A stretch of 64,000 bases of DNA from Gemmatimonadaceae bacterium (GCA_045803545.1 JBJMOW010000004.1:384001-448000), one strand, 5' to 3'; shown: positions 30,478-40,719, counted from the stretch's first letter. Notes: generated by a model from the letters alone, not told the origin. Program-made: numbers and translations.

Positions 30478-30582
30478 GATGGAGAGGCTACGGACAGCTG
30501 GAGTGTAACGCAAGAGACGCAGGAAGTGGGTTGGCCCCTACGTTGCTAACGTTGGGTACACATTCGATTACCCACACACTCC

Positions 30583-32583
30583 TTGACGGTGAAATCATAT
30601 CTTTGCCTCGCGGTAGCCCTCGTCGCGTGCGCTCCGCAGCGTCCGGTCGTGTTACCAACGGTACTGCTCTCAGCTGATACAACCACACAGCAACCTTCCC
30701 GAAGAATTTTCGACTCCCGGCGGGACGATCCTTTGGCCACCATGGATCGCATCGATTGGCCGGGCCCAAATCGCTATCGATCAGCGTCAGGCGTTCCAGG
30801 TCCGGATTACTGGCAACAACGCGCCGATTACACAATCAACGCATCGCTTGATACAGCAACCACTGAAATCAGTGGTGCTGTTGAAATCAGATACACCAAC
30901 AATTCTCCTGACACGCTGCGCTTCGTCTGGGTGCAGGCCGATCAGAACCTCTATCGGACCGGCAGCAAAGGGTCGGCGTTGTTTCCCGCTGATTCGCGCT
31001 GGGGTGTGAGAGGTTTCGAGGGCGGCTTCGCCTTCAGCGATGTTCGCATCAACGGCACTACCGTGCAGCCGCGCATCAACGACACGATGGTGCGGCTGGA
31101 GCTGCCAAGCCCGCTGATGCCTCGTGGCGGAAAGACGACGATCGCAATTCGTTATTCATTCCGAGTGCCCGAGCATGGCTCGGATCGCATGGGTCGCGAC
31201 AGCTTGCTGTACGAGATAGCTCAGTGGTATCCGCGGATGGCTGTTTACGATGACGTGCGCGGCTGGAATGCCGATCCCTATCTCGGACAGGGCGAGTTCT
31301 ACCTCGAGTACGGCGACTACGACTACTCAGTCACAGTGCCCGCTGGTTACGTCGTCGCGGGCAGTGGCGTTCTGCAGAATCCCGACGATGTCCTTACTGC
31401 AACGCAGCGACAGCGACTCGCGACGGCATCACGTAGCAGCGAAGTAATTCCCATTATCACCCAGACTGAAGCGGCAGTTGCGAAGACGCGGCGAGCGGCT
31501 GGCACCAAGACCTGGCGCTTCCGTGCACACAACGTCCACGACGTAGCGTGGGCCGCGGCACCTGACTTTCGATGGGATGCAACGAGCTGGAATGGAGTGC
31601 TAGCGCAGGCGTACTATGAATTCCCTAAATCGGGTCGCGCATGGGAGCATGCTGCCGAGCAGACTCAGTGGACGATCAGGCAGTACTCAGAGCTCTTCTT
31701 CCCATTCCCGTATCCGCAAGCAACATCGGTGGCCGGACCGGTGGGAGGCATGGAGTACCCAATGTTCGTGATGGTGCACTACGGGTCCGACGATCCCACA
31801 TCCATCTTCGGTACCATCAACCACGAGCACGGCCATGAGTGGTTCCCGATGATCGTCGGTTCGAATGAGCGCCGATACGCGTGGATGGATGAAGGATTCA
31901 ATACCTATCTAAATGCCTTCGCCCAGGAGGCGCGATATCCTGGCCAGTCCGCGTATCGGACCTATCTGAAAAACTGGTCGGATGCCGTGGCAGCGGGAAC
32001 TCAGTCGCCATTGATGACTGCGCCCGACAACATCGACCCAAGCGCCCTTGGCGCGATGGGTTACAGAAAGCCGGCGGCCGTGCTGCTAACGCTTCGTAAC
32101 CATGTCGTCGGCGCGAACGCGTTTGACACTGCGTTCCGCGAATACATCCGCGCCTGGGCGTTCAAGCACCCTACGCCGGGTGATTTCTTCCGCAATATCG
32201 AGAATTCGACCGGCGAGGATCTGTCCTGGTTCTGGCGTGGCTTCTTTTATACCACCGACGTGCTCGACATCGGCATCGACAGCGTCGGCATGCGGACGTC
32301 GGACGGGGAGCAATTCGCGGTGGTCGCCCTTCGCCGGCACACGTCCATCCCGTTCCCAGTCAGGCTGCGCATCGCCTTCGCTGACGGCACGACCGAGGAC
32401 GTCAATCTGCCCGTCAATATCTGGGCACGCGGCAACCGCTTCGAAGCGGTGATCCCGGCCAGGGCAAAGGTTGTCGGCGTAAGATTGTGGCCCGACCCCT
32501 CGGTGCCCGACTGGAATTCTTCCAACGACACGTGGGGGAATCCGCCGTCAGGAAATCCCGCAGGGCCAGTTACGAGAAAATGA
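30583..32583 (+). CDS. M1 family metallo-aminopeptidase, probable lipoprotein
   Basis: GGMEYP, HEHGH...DEG (HExxH-x18-E), lipobox LVAC. Confidence 0.92.
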   Translation: MTVKSYLCLAVALVACAPQRPVVLPTVLLSADTTTQQPSRRIFDSRRDDPLATMDRIDWPGPNRYRSASGVPGPDYWQQRADYTINASLDTATTEISGAVEIRYTNNSPDTLRFVWVQADQNLYRTGSKGSALFPADSRWGVRGFEGGFAFSDVRINGTTVQPRINDTMVRLELPSPLMPRGGKTTIAIRYSFRVPEHGSDRMGRDSLLYEIAQWYPRMAVYDDVRGWNADPYLGQGEFYLEYGDYDYSVTVPAGYVVAGSGVLQNPDDVLTATQRQRLATASRSSEVIPIITQTEAAVAKTRRAAGTKTWRFRAHNVHDVAWAAAPDFRWDATSWNGVLAQAYYEFPKSGRAWEHAAEQTQWTIRQYSELFFPFPYPQATSVAGPVGGMEYPMFVMVHYGSDDPTSIFGTINHEHGHEWFPMIVGSNERRYAWMDEGFNTYLNAFAQEARYPGQSAYRTYLKNWSDAVAAGTQSPLMTAPDNIDPSALGAMGYRKPAAVLLTLRNHVVGANAFDTAFREYIRAWAFKHPTPGDFFRNIENSTGEDLSWFWRGFFYTTDVLDIGIDSVGMRTSDGEQFAVVALRRHTSIPFPVRLRIAFADGTTEDVNLPVNIWARGNRFEAVIPARAKVVGVRLWPDPSVPDWNSSNDTWGNPPSGNPAGPVTRK

Positions 32584-32657
32584 TGTGGTCGTTTGGAATA
32601 GGAGTACCGTGCGATAGATTGCAGTCGTTCAAACAGTATCAGGGAGAGGAGCAAGTA

Positions 32658-33407
32658 ATGCCGGATTTTGGAAGTTGGGCGTCAGCGTGGTGGAAGCCAG
32701 TGCTGTTCATCATCGTTGCCGGACACCTCACGAATGTGTCAGTTACTCTGTTCTTGCATAGAGCGCAAACCCACCGCGGTGTGAAACTTCATTACCTCGC
32801 TGCGCTTCCAATGCGTATTTGGCTGTGGCTGTCGACGGCGATCGTCACCAAGGAGTGGGTCGCCTGTCATCGGAAACATCACGCGTTTGCGGACCGCGAA
32901 GGCGATCCGCATAGCCCGTTAATGGAAGGCCTGCGGAACATCGTGCTCAAGGGCGCCTTCTACTATAGAAAGACTGTTCGCCAGCCTGGCGTCCTCGACA
33001 AGTACGGTAAGGGCACGCCTAACGACTGGCTCGAGAGGCATCTGCTGTCGCCGCTCAACTGGCTGGGTATCGTCATCATGATGGGCGTCGACATTTATCT
33101 GTTTGGCTTCTTCGTCGGCCCACTCGTTTGGGGGATCCAGATGATCTGGATTCCGTTCTGGGCCGCTGGAATCGTGAACGGTATCGGACACGCAGTCGGC
33201 TATCGGAACTTCAACGTGAAGGATGAGAGCCGAAACATCTCACCGATCGCGATCTGGCTGGGTGGCGAAGAGCTGCACAACAACCATCACGCTGATCCAC
33301 ACTCGGCGAAGTTCAAGGCAAAGTGGTATGAATTCGACATCGGCTGGGCATACCTGCGGTTACTTTCCTTCTTCGGCCTCGCTGAGATCGGATACGCGCG
33401 CAATTAG
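32658..33407 (+). CDS. Delta-9-type fatty acid desaturase
   Basis: His boxes HRAQTH, HRKHH, HNNHH; GAGGAG SD before ATG 32658. Confidence 0.92.
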   Translation: MPDFGSWASAWWKPVLFIIVAGHLTNVSVTLFLHRAQTHRGVKLHYLAALPMRIWLWLSTAIVTKEWVACHRKHHAFADREGDPHSPLMEGLRNIVLKGAFYYRKTVRQPGVLDKYGKGTPNDWLERHLLSPLNWLGIVIMMGVDIYLFGFFVGPLVWGIQMIWIPFWAAGIVNGIGHAVGYRNFNVKDESRNISPIAIWLGGEELHNNHHADPHSAKFKAKWYEFDIGWAYLRLLSFFGLAEIGYARN

Positions 33408-33415
33408 AGGTTCGC

Positions 33416-33697
33416 GTGGCTGAGACTGTAACCTGCGCGCGTTGTGGGCAAACGCGCGCAGGGTTCGTTAGGCCTCCCTTCCCCGGACAAATCGGGGCTC
33501 GCGTCGTCGAAGAGATCTGCCAGCAGTGCTGGGCCGACTGGCTCAAGCAGCAGACGATGCTGATCAATCACTACGGTTTGAACGTGATGGATCCCCAGGC
33601 GCGCACTTTCCTGACGCGGAATCTCGACGCCTTTCTCTTCAAGAGCGGATCGTCGTCCGACATCGACACGAGCAAAAAGGGCACGATCTCCCACTGA
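33416..33697 (+). CDS. yggX: Fe(II)-trafficking / oxidative damage protection protein
   Basis: PFPG..G.R....IC..CW..W...QTMLIN motif. Confidence 0.88.
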   Translation: MAETVTCARCGQTRAGFVRPPFPGQIGARVVEEICQQCWADWLKQQTMLINHYGLNVMDPQARTFLTRNLDAFLFKSGSSSDIDTSKKGTISH

Positions 33698-33708
33698 GGA
33701 CGCGGAAG

Positions 33709-35475
33709 TTGAAAAAGTTCGCCGCTTTACTTCTGCTTTTTCTGGGCGCCGGCTGCGCAACGCTAAGTACCGGCAACACTTCCAACGCAAAAACAACATC
33801 GCCAGCGTGGACCGATTCGGTCATGCGCTCAATGACCTTGCGCGAAAAAGTAGCGCAGCTGATCTGGCCGAGTGTGTTTGGCGATTACGTATCGGGCGAT
33901 TCGCCGCAGTGGCGACGGCTCTCACAATACGTTCAGCAGGAGAAAGTTGGGGGGTTCACGATCTCGGTAGGATCTCCAATCGAGCTCGCGGCGAAGCTTA
34001 ATGCGCTGCAATCGATGAGTAAGGTGCCGCTCCTTATTGGTGCGGACCTCGAGGCAGGCGCCGGGTTCCGTGCTCGCGGTGGCTATTTCGTGCCCAACGC
34101 CATCGACCTCGGTGGCGCTCTGGTTTTTCCGCCAGAGATGGGCCTTGGCGCGACTCGCGATACGACGCTCGCTTACGAGCAGGGACGCCTGACCGCGCAG
34201 GAAGGCCGCGCACTGGGAATACACATCGCATACGCGCCGGTTCTGGACGTCAACAACAATCCGGCGAACCCCGTCATCAACACGCGATCCTATAGCGAGG
34301 ATCCAGCGCTGGCGGCCCGGATGGGCGTTGCGTTCATTCACGGACTGCAGGATCACGGCATGATCGCGACAGGAAAACATTTCCCCGGACACGGCGATAC
34401 TGGCGTCAACTCGCATTTGGCATTGCCGGTGGTGACGGTGAGCAGGAGCCGGCTCGACACCGTGGAGCTGGTGCCGTTTCGCGCTGCCGTGAAAAGCGGC
34501 GTCGGCGCAATCATGTCATTCCATGGCGCGATGCCGGCGCTGGATTCATCGGGCGTTCCCGGGACGCTGTCGCCGAAGGTTGTGACGGGGCTTTTGCGGG
34601 GGGAGATGGGATTCCGCGGGATCATCATCTCCGATGCGATGGACATGCGTGGAGTGCTCGATCAGTTCGGTGCTGACGAAGCGGCAAAGCGCGCGGTTGC
34701 CGCCGGAATCGACGTTTTGATTCAGCCGCTGGATGTTTCGACGACGATCGACGCAGTGATTGCCGGCATCGGTGAAGGCAGGTACACCGAAGCGCGTGTC
34801 GATTCATCCGTTCGACGGGTGCTGGAGACCAAACGGAAGCTCGGTCTGGCGCAGAGCAAGCTGGTTGATCTCAACGCTTTACGTTTTGCGGTTGGCGACA
34901 GTGTCGATGCCCAGGTCGCGCGCCGTGCTGCTGAGAAATCGATCACGCTCGTTCGCGACTCGACGCGACAGGTTCCGGTGCTCGATTCGACGAAGAGAGT
35001 TTTGTCGATAACGATCGCACGACGTGCTGATCTCTCGGCGGGAAACTCATTCAACGCCGAAATGCGCCCGCGGCTGCCAAAACTGCGGACGGAGTTCACC
35101 TCGACTGAGGATGCGACACTGAACTATCCACGACTGTTAGCGGCGGCTGACTCGGCGGACGTCGTCATTGTCGGATCATATGTCGGACAGAGCTGGGACG
35201 CCGTGACTGCAAGCGCGCCGGAGGCATTCACCAGTTTCCTCCATACGCTGGTGTCGCGTGGGAGAAAACCGATTGTTGTCGCGTTCGGTAATCCATATCT
35301 GCTTCAACAGCTTCCCTGGATCGGAACGTATCTGGTGGCGTGGGGCGGATTTCCTGTTTCACAAGTTGCAGCGGCAAGAGCGCTGACGGGAATCGCGCCG
35401 ATCACAGGGCGATTACCGATCAGTATTCCGCCCTATGCGGTGATCGGAACTGGCGAAGAAAGACCGGCGCGTTGA
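33709..35475 (+). CDS. GH3 beta-N-acetylhexosaminidase, lipoprotein
   Basis: APVLDVN.NP.NPVI..RS, KHFPGHG, ISDAM, AFGNPY; lipobox GAGC after TTG 33709. Confidence 0.9.
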   Translation: MKKFAALLLLFLGAGCATLSTGNTSNAKTTSPAWTDSVMRSMTLREKVAQLIWPSVFGDYVSGDSPQWRRLSQYVQQEKVGGFTISVGSPIELAAKLNALQSMSKVPLLIGADLEAGAGFRARGGYFVPNAIDLGGALVFPPEMGLGATRDTTLAYEQGRLTAQEGRALGIHIAYAPVLDVNNNPANPVINTRSYSEDPALAARMGVAFIHGLQDHGMIATGKHFPGHGDTGVNSHLALPVVTVSRSRLDTVELVPFRAAVKSGVGAIMSFHGAMPALDSSGVPGTLSPKVVTGLLRGEMGFRGIIISDAMDMRGVLDQFGADEAAKRAVAAGIDVLIQPLDVSTTIDAVIAGIGEGRYTEARVDSSVRRVLETKRKLGLAQSKLVDLNALRFAVGDSVDAQVARRAAEKSITLVRDSTRQVPVLDSTKRVLSITIARRADLSAGNSFNAEMRPRLPKLRTEFTSTEDATLNYPRLLAAADSADVVIVGSYVGQSWDAVTASAPEAFTSFLHTLVSRGRKPIVVAFGNPYLLQQLPWIGTYLVAWGGFPVSQVAAARALTGIAPITGRLPISIPPYAVIGTGEERPAR

Positions 35476-35561
35476 CGATTCGAATTTTCGGTCTTATATC
35501 AAGGATTCCCGCCGCCGCAGTTTTTTTACTCGGCAATTCTCACTAAAATTTTCGCGCATCC

Positions 35562-35590
35562 TTGACTTTAGTCGCCAATGGTGACTAATT
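35562..35590 (+). promoter_or_regulatory. Promoter with 21-bp palindromic operator TTAGTCGCCAATGGTGACTAA
   Basis: TTGACT -35 at 35562 directly followed by the inverted repeat at 35568-35588. Confidence 0.7.
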
Positions 35591-35600
35591 CGCTGTCACA

Positions 35601-36272
35601 ATGCGCGAACGCTCATCCCGAACCAGCTCATTCACTGTAGATGTGGTGCTGGTTACCGCGATGCGAAACGAGTTAGCGGTGTTGCTGACGCGTAACGTTA
35701 GCGAACGAGAGCGATGGTCGTTGCCGTGGAAGTATGCTCAGGCGGGGGAATCGCTCGATATTGTCGCGGCAAAGTGCGGCGACGAAGCGTTGGGTGAACA
35801 GCCAGCCTGGATCGAGCAAATCGGCGCCTTTGGTGACGGAAGGCGCCACCCAGGCGACACCGAGATGTCAGTCGCATTTGTGGGATTGGTGCCACACGAG
35901 ACCGCATCACCCCGCACCGGCTACACCTGGTTCCCGATGTCCGACCTGCCCGCGCTTTCCCCGCGGCAACGCGCGATGGTCGAAGCCGCAACGCGCGTCA
36001 TGCAAGGCAGACTCGATCAGGCTCCGATTGCCTTCCGTCTGCTGCCGACCACTTTCACACTGAGCGAGCTGCAACAGATGTATGAGCTCCTGCTCGGTAA
36101 ACGCTTGCACAAGGCCAGTTTCCGTCGTGCCCTTCAGGCCGCTTGGCTCGTCGAAGCTACGGACGAATGGCGCAGTGAAGGCCGAGGAAGACCCGCGCAG
36201 CTTTTTCGTTATCTACCGAAGAAAAAGCGTAGGCCGCACCGTGGTGTGAGATTTGATTTCCTCTATCCATAA
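35601..36272 (+). CDS. nrtR: NrtR-family Nudix/wHTH transcription regulator
   Basis: TVDVV...WSLP...GESL Nudix-like N-domain; FTLSELQ..YE.LLG..L.KASFRR...GRPA.LF wHTH. Confidence 0.8.
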   Translation: MRERSSRTSSFTVDVVLVTAMRNELAVLLTRNVSERERWSLPWKYAQAGESLDIVAAKCGDEALGEQPAWIEQIGAFGDGRRHPGDTEMSVAFVGLVPHETASPRTGYTWFPMSDLPALSPRQRAMVEAATRVMQGRLDQAPIAFRLLPTTFTLSELQQMYELLLGKRLHKASFRRALQAAWLVEATDEWRSEGRGRPAQLFRYLPKKKRRPHRGVRFDFLYP

Positions 36273-36386
36273 CGAGTAACGAGTTTCCGTCAACTCACGA
36301 CGGGCCTCGGAACTACTTGCGGGCGCGGTGTATTAGTTGCAATGTGTACATAAGGCCAAACACCTGAACCCGGGGGCCTGATCACA

Positions 36387-36695
36387 ATGCTGGCGTATCT
36401 CGATAGCTTGTGCGCAGCACTACTCGCTCGAGACAGTGCGGAGATTCAGCGGCTGCTTTCCCTGCCAGCCGCTCGAGATCTTCCACGTCGAGTGCGCGAA
36501 GAGGCAGTCGCCATCTCGCGCGCGGGCAACAGAAGTTTCATGGCTCCGATCCACGCGCTCCATTTCTACTACAAGCTCACTCACATGGTTGACGAGTCGA
36601 GCGATCCAATCTTCGGCGACGCCGGGAAGCATGGCGATACCCAGGATGTTCAGATGGAGCTACCGCTCCGCAAAGTAGGGAACGGCGGGCGCTAA
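36387..36695 (+). CDS. Hypothetical protein with C-terminal QMELPL motif
   Basis: Helical ORF filling the gap between nrtR and ligD; GGGGG SD-like sequence upstream. Confidence 0.65.
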   Translation: MLAYLDSLCAALLARDSAEIQRLLSLPAARDLPRRVREEAVAISRAGNRSFMAPIHALHFYYKLTHMVDESSDPIFGDAGKHGDTQDVQMELPLRKVGNGGR

Positions 36696-36735
36696 GCGCT
36701 AAACCAGCGCGAGAATTCTTATGGAGCGTATGCGC

Positions 36736-39498
36736 TCAAACGAGCGCACGCAGCGAGTTTTTCTTCTTCATCGCTTCGCTCCAGATATCTCCGATCCTCT
36801 CAAATCTGTCGGCGGCATTGCCAAGGTTGAAATCGCGGGGATCGAGATCGTCGGTAAGCTCGTTCCAGCGTAACGGCGTTGACACCGTGGCCCCGGGTTT
36901 CGCACGTACGCAATAAGGTCCGGCTACCGTTTTCCCCTGAATATTCTGCAGGTAGTCGACGTATACCATCGCGGCGCCGCGCGCTTTTACCATTCGCTCG
37001 ATCGTAGCTTCCTTCGGATGCCCGGAGGCGACTTTGGTCGCGATCACCTGGGCCACCAGCGTTGCCGCTTCGTTCGGCGTGCGCGGTGGTAGCGGTAGAT
37101 AGATGTGTAATCCTTCCGAGCCGGAAGTCTTGATCGCTGCGTGAAGACCGAAGCCATCGATTACTTCCTTTGCCCACTGTGCGACTTCCACCACGCGCTG
37201 AAAGTTGGCGCGTGGTCCGGGATCCAGATCGATGATGGTGTAGTCCGCAAACTCCAATGTCGGGACATGTGAATGCCAGGGATCGACTGAGATGGCTCCG
37301 AGCTGAATCGTATAGAGAAGCGTCAACAGATCTCCGCCGATGTAGCGCGGCTGCTTCTCGCCATTATCCGTGATTATTTCCTCGACCCGTATTTCCGGCG
37401 GTGTTGTCTCCGATGCCTTCTGCTGATAGAAACTTTGGGCATCGATTCCGTTGGGGAAGCGCTTGAGCACCAGCGGCCGATCCTTCATCGTCGGCAGGAT
37501 CAGGTCAGCGATGCGGACGTAGTACCGCATCACATCTCCTTTAGTGTATTTCGCCTTGGGAAAGAAGACTTTGTCGAGGTTTGAAACCTTGAGCGTTTTA
37601 CCGCCGCCAAGTTCAAGCGTGGCATCGCCCCGGCGCTTTTCGATGTCTTCCAGCTGCTCAACGATGGCTCCGGTGTCGAGCTTCGCTGCACGTTTCCGTG
37701 GCATCCTGCGCGAAGCGCTCGCCGCTCGCGAATCTTCATGCCTGGCTACTACTGGGGCGTTGCCTGGTTTTTTTTGCACGCTTTTCCCTTCGATGCCGAC
37801 CTCTCGCGCATCCTTGTCATCTCGAACACCAAGAAATATTGGCTGACGCAGACGGCGGTCGGCTGTCCATTCGCTGAATTTCACTTCGACGACGACTTTC
37901 GGGTCCACCCAGTGAGCTTTCTCGTTGGTTTTGGGTGTTTCTGAGAAAGGAGAAGTCTTGCGCTCGAGCGGCTTGAGCCGCTGGTACATGTCGCCGAGTC
38001 CCTGTCGTGAGAAGCCGCCGCCGGTGTGACCAGCGTAAATCAGCCGATCCTTGTCGAAGTAGCCAAGGAGAATCGCGCCGATGTGCTCGCGACTATTGCG
38101 CGGCTCGGTGTAGCCGCCGACGACGAATTCCTGGCGGAATTCGATCTTCAGCTTCAGCCAATGCTTCGATCGATTTCCGGGCTCATATCGTGAGTCGACG
38201 CGCTTCGCGATGACGCCCTCCCATCCTTGCTTGCGTGCTTGTTCCAGCATCTTCCTGCCGTTGCCTTCGACCGACTCCGTTACGCGCAGCTGCGGGGTGA
38301 CGTGCTTGGCAACGCGTTTGACCAGTCGCTCGCGGCGGACCGACCATGGCTCGTGGAGCAGCACCTCATCGCCGTCCATCAGGATGTCGAACAAAATCAG
38401 CGCTGCCGGTGTTGAGGATGTGTGCCGCTCGATGATTTGCGTGTCCTTGACGTGCATGCGGCTCTGAAGCTCCTGGAAGCGAGCCGGCTCTCCGTCGATG
38501 AGAGCAACGATTTCACCGTCGACTACAAGCGGTCTCTTGAGTTGCGCAGAAAGCTTCTTGAGGGCAGTTACGATCTCGGGGAATTGCTTCGCTTTCTCCT
38601 TCCCGTTGCGCGTGATGAGTTTCACATCATCCGCGGTTGCGTAAGCCAGCACCCGTACGCCGTCGTACTTGGGCTCGAAAGTCCATCCATCCCCCGGAAT
38701 CTCGGTCCCGATGCTGGCGTACATCGGCTCGAGCGACGACGGCATTTTCGCAGGAGCCTTCTCTGAAGCTGCTCGCGCTGCAACACCACGAGTAGCTGAC
38801 CGCGTCGAAACAACTTTCGCCTTCGGCTCCCGGTTGCTGTGCCAGACGCGACCCCTGCCCTCGGCGATTTCGTCCATTGTGCGCCCGCTGTCGACCGACG
38901 TCATGTTGTCACCGACAACGTCGTCAGTGGTCGCGTACTCGTCGCGGTGTTTGATCAGCAGCCACTGAGGTTTCGAGGAGCTGGAGGCATCTCGCGAGTA
39001 CTTCATACGGATCAATGCAAACGATCCGTGCAGTCGCTCGCCATGGAACGTGATTTTGAGATCGCCTTTTTTCAGCTGGTCGCGGAGCACGTCCTCTTCG
39101 TCGTCGGAAGAGGCTGCAGTGTCAGACGAGAAGGTGCCGCGATCCCAAAGCATGACGGTGCCACCACCGTATTGGCCCTTCGGGATCGTGCCCTCGAAGG
39201 TGTTGTAGTCGATCGGGTGATCTTCGACCTGCATCGCGAGTCGCTTCACCGCCGGATCGAGGCTGGGCCCTTTCGGCACCGCCCAGCTTTTCATTACGCC
39301 ATCGAGCTCGAGTCGAAGATCGAAATGCAGGTGACTGGCGGCGTGTTTCTGAATGACGAAGCGAAGGCGTCCGGCGCGAGCCGGTTTTGCGGGCTTCTCG
39401 CCCGACGGTTCTTCAGTGCGACTGAAATCACGCTTGCGTCGATACTCGGTGAGCTGCGAGCGCGCGTTCGCGGTACTGCCAGCCGACTTTACAGCCAT
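36736..39498 (-). CDS. ligD: NHEJ DNA ligase D (phosphoesterase-ligase-polymerase)
   Basis: FVIQKHAASHLHFDLRLE (PE), EPKYDG (ligase), DLDPG and KTSG..GLH (primase-polymerase). Confidence 0.96.
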   Translation of the reverse strand: MAVKSAGSTANARSQLTEYRRKRDFSRTEEPSGEKPAKPARAGRLRFVIQKHAASHLHFDLRLELDGVMKSWAVPKGPSLDPAVKRLAMQVEDHPIDYNTFEGTIPKGQYGGGTVMLWDRGTFSSDTAASSDDEEDVLRDQLKKGDLKITFHGERLHGSFALIRMKYSRDASSSSKPQWLLIKHRDEYATTDDVVGDNMTSVDSGRTMDEIAEGRGRVWHSNREPKAKVVSTRSATRGVAARAASEKAPAKMPSSLEPMYASIGTEIPGDGWTFEPKYDGVRVLAYATADDVKLITRNGKEKAKQFPEIVTALKKLSAQLKRPLVVDGEIVALIDGEPARFQELQSRMHVKDTQIIERHTSSTPAALILFDILMDGDEVLLHEPWSVRRERLVKRVAKHVTPQLRVTESVEGNGRKMLEQARKQGWEGVIAKRVDSRYEPGNRSKHWLKLKIEFRQEFVVGGYTEPRNSREHIGAILLGYFDKDRLIYAGHTGGGFSRQGLGDMYQRLKPLERKTSPFSETPKTNEKAHWVDPKVVVEVKFSEWTADRRLRQPIFLGVRDDKDAREVGIEGKSVQKKPGNAPVVARHEDSRAASASRRMPRKRAAKLDTGAIVEQLEDIEKRRGDATLELGGGKTLKVSNLDKVFFPKAKYTKGDVMRYYVRIADLILPTMKDRPLVLKRFPNGIDAQSFYQQKASETTPPEIRVEEIITDNGEKQPRYIGGDLLTLLYTIQLGAISVDPWHSHVPTLEFADYTIIDLDPGPRANFQRVVEVAQWAKEVIDGFGLHAAIKTSGSEGLHIYLPLPPRTPNEAATLVAQVIATKVASGHPKEATIERMVKARGAAMVYVDYLQNIQGKTVAGPYCVRAKPGATVSTPLRWNELTDDLDPRDFNLGNAADRFERIGDIWSEAMKKKNSLRALV

Positions 39499-39507
39499 GT
39501 GTGAAGC

Positions 39508-40365
39508 TTAAGCAGTTTTCTTTTTGCGCGGCTTCGCTGGTTTGCGGGTGGCAGCGACTTCCTTGGACTTCGCCCGGACCGCTCCCTTCTTGTTCGTGCC
39601 TTCCTCGAGACTCGCGCGCAGCTTGGACATCAAGTCAAGCACACCGCTGTCCGGCGTTTCTTCCCGGGGACCCTCGAGCTTGGCCGTCTTTCCTTTCATC
39701 TTCGCCTTGATGATGCGCATCAGGTTTGCGCGATAGTCATCGGTGTATTTTGCCGGGTCGAACTGCTCAGCGAGATTCGTGACCAGCTGCTCGGCCATCT
39801 GCAGCTCCTGCGGTCGGACGACTTCCGCGCTCGGAAAGCTGAACTCATTTATATCTACGAGCTCGTTCGCGAAGCGCATTATCTCGAGCACTAACGCCTC
39901 GCCGACGACCTTTATGCCGACGAGATGCTGGGTTTGGCGAATGATGATTTTGCCGATGCCGACCGAATTCGTTTGGCGGATCGCCTCACGCAGCAGGGCG
40001 TATGGTTTTTCACCGCCTTTGGCGGGAACGAGATAGTAAGGAGTCTCGAAATAGCGCGGGTCGATCTCTTCCTGTTGGACGAAGTCGAGAATGTCGATCG
40101 TCTTGGACTGCTCGACGGCCGCGGCCTTGAAATCTTCGTCGGTCATCACGACGAATCGACCCTTCTCGAATTCGTAGCCTTTTACGATCTCGTTCCAGGG
40201 CACAGGCTCACCATCCGCCTGGCAGACGCGCTCGTACTTCACGGGAGAGAGATCTTCTTCGTGAAGGAGCCGGAAACTGATATGATCCGCGCGCACGGCG
40301 GTTTTCAGCTCGACGGGGATATTGACGAGGCCGAATGTCAGTGAGCCTTTCCAAATCGCGGCCAT
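39508..40365 (-). CDS. ku: NHEJ Ku protein
   Basis: IWKGSLTFGLVNIPV, IVKGYE, PYYLVP, DLM..LRASL, basic tail. Confidence 0.96.
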   Translation of the reverse strand: MAAIWKGSLTFGLVNIPVELKTAVRADHISFRLLHEEDLSPVKYERVCQADGEPVPWNEIVKGYEFEKGRFVVMTDEDFKAAAVEQSKTIDILDFVQQEEIDPRYFETPYYLVPAKGGEKPYALLREAIRQTNSVGIGKIIIRQTQHLVGIKVVGEALVLEIMRFANELVDINEFSFPSAEVVRPQELQMAEQLVTNLAEQFDPAKYTDDYRANLMRIIKAKMKGKTAKLEGPREETPDSGVLDLMSKLRASLEEGTNKKGAVRAKSKEVAATRKPAKPRKKKTA

Positions 40366-40408
40366 CTCTACCCCTCCGAGTCCGAGTGAGTGAAACAGTG
40401 TGCATCAA

Positions 40409-40425
40409 AGCAAATCAAATGCCGA
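40409..40425 (-). promoter_or_regulatory. Putative sigma54 (-24/-12) promoter of ku-ligD
   Basis: TCGGCATTTGATTTGCT = GG-N10-GC with GGCA and TTGC, 44 nt upstream of the start. Confidence 0.55.
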
Positions 40426-40460
40426 GTGTGGAAAGTCAGCTTTGTGATACCGCTGGATGC

Positions 40461-40489
40461 AAAAAAGCCCCGTTGGAGAACGGGGCTTT
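40461..40489 (-). terminator. Intrinsic terminator of the second csp
   Basis: AAGCCCCGTT/AACGGGGCTT stem with a T-run on the minus strand. Confidence 0.85.
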
Positions 40490-40509
40490 AGCAAACCACG
40501 AACGAATTA

Positions 40510-40719
40510 TCAGCCGGGTTTGGTAACGTCGGCGGCTTGAGGTCCTTTCTGTCCCTGGACGACCTCGAATTCTACTTTGTCGCCCTCCGCGAGAGATTTG
40601 AAACCAGAGCCTTGGATCGCGCTGAAATGGACGAAGACATCGGGTCCACCTTCTCGCGAAATGAAGCCAAAGCCTTTGGCGTCGTTAAACCATTTTACCG
40701 TTCCAGTGATTCTTGCCAT
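40510..40719 (-). CDS. csp: Cold-shock protein
   Basis: [31 protein letters not shown] before ATG 40719. Confidence 0.97.
   Translation of the reverse strand: MARITGTVKWFNDAKGFGFISREGGPDVFVHFSAIQGSGFKSLAEGDKVEFEVVQGQKGPQAADVTKPG

Noticed and set aside
32487..33708. Long N-terminal extensions given by the ORF track for the desaturase (32487) and GH3 (33526)
   Set aside because: They overlap upstream genes; SD and signal-peptide evidence favour starts at 32658 and 33709.
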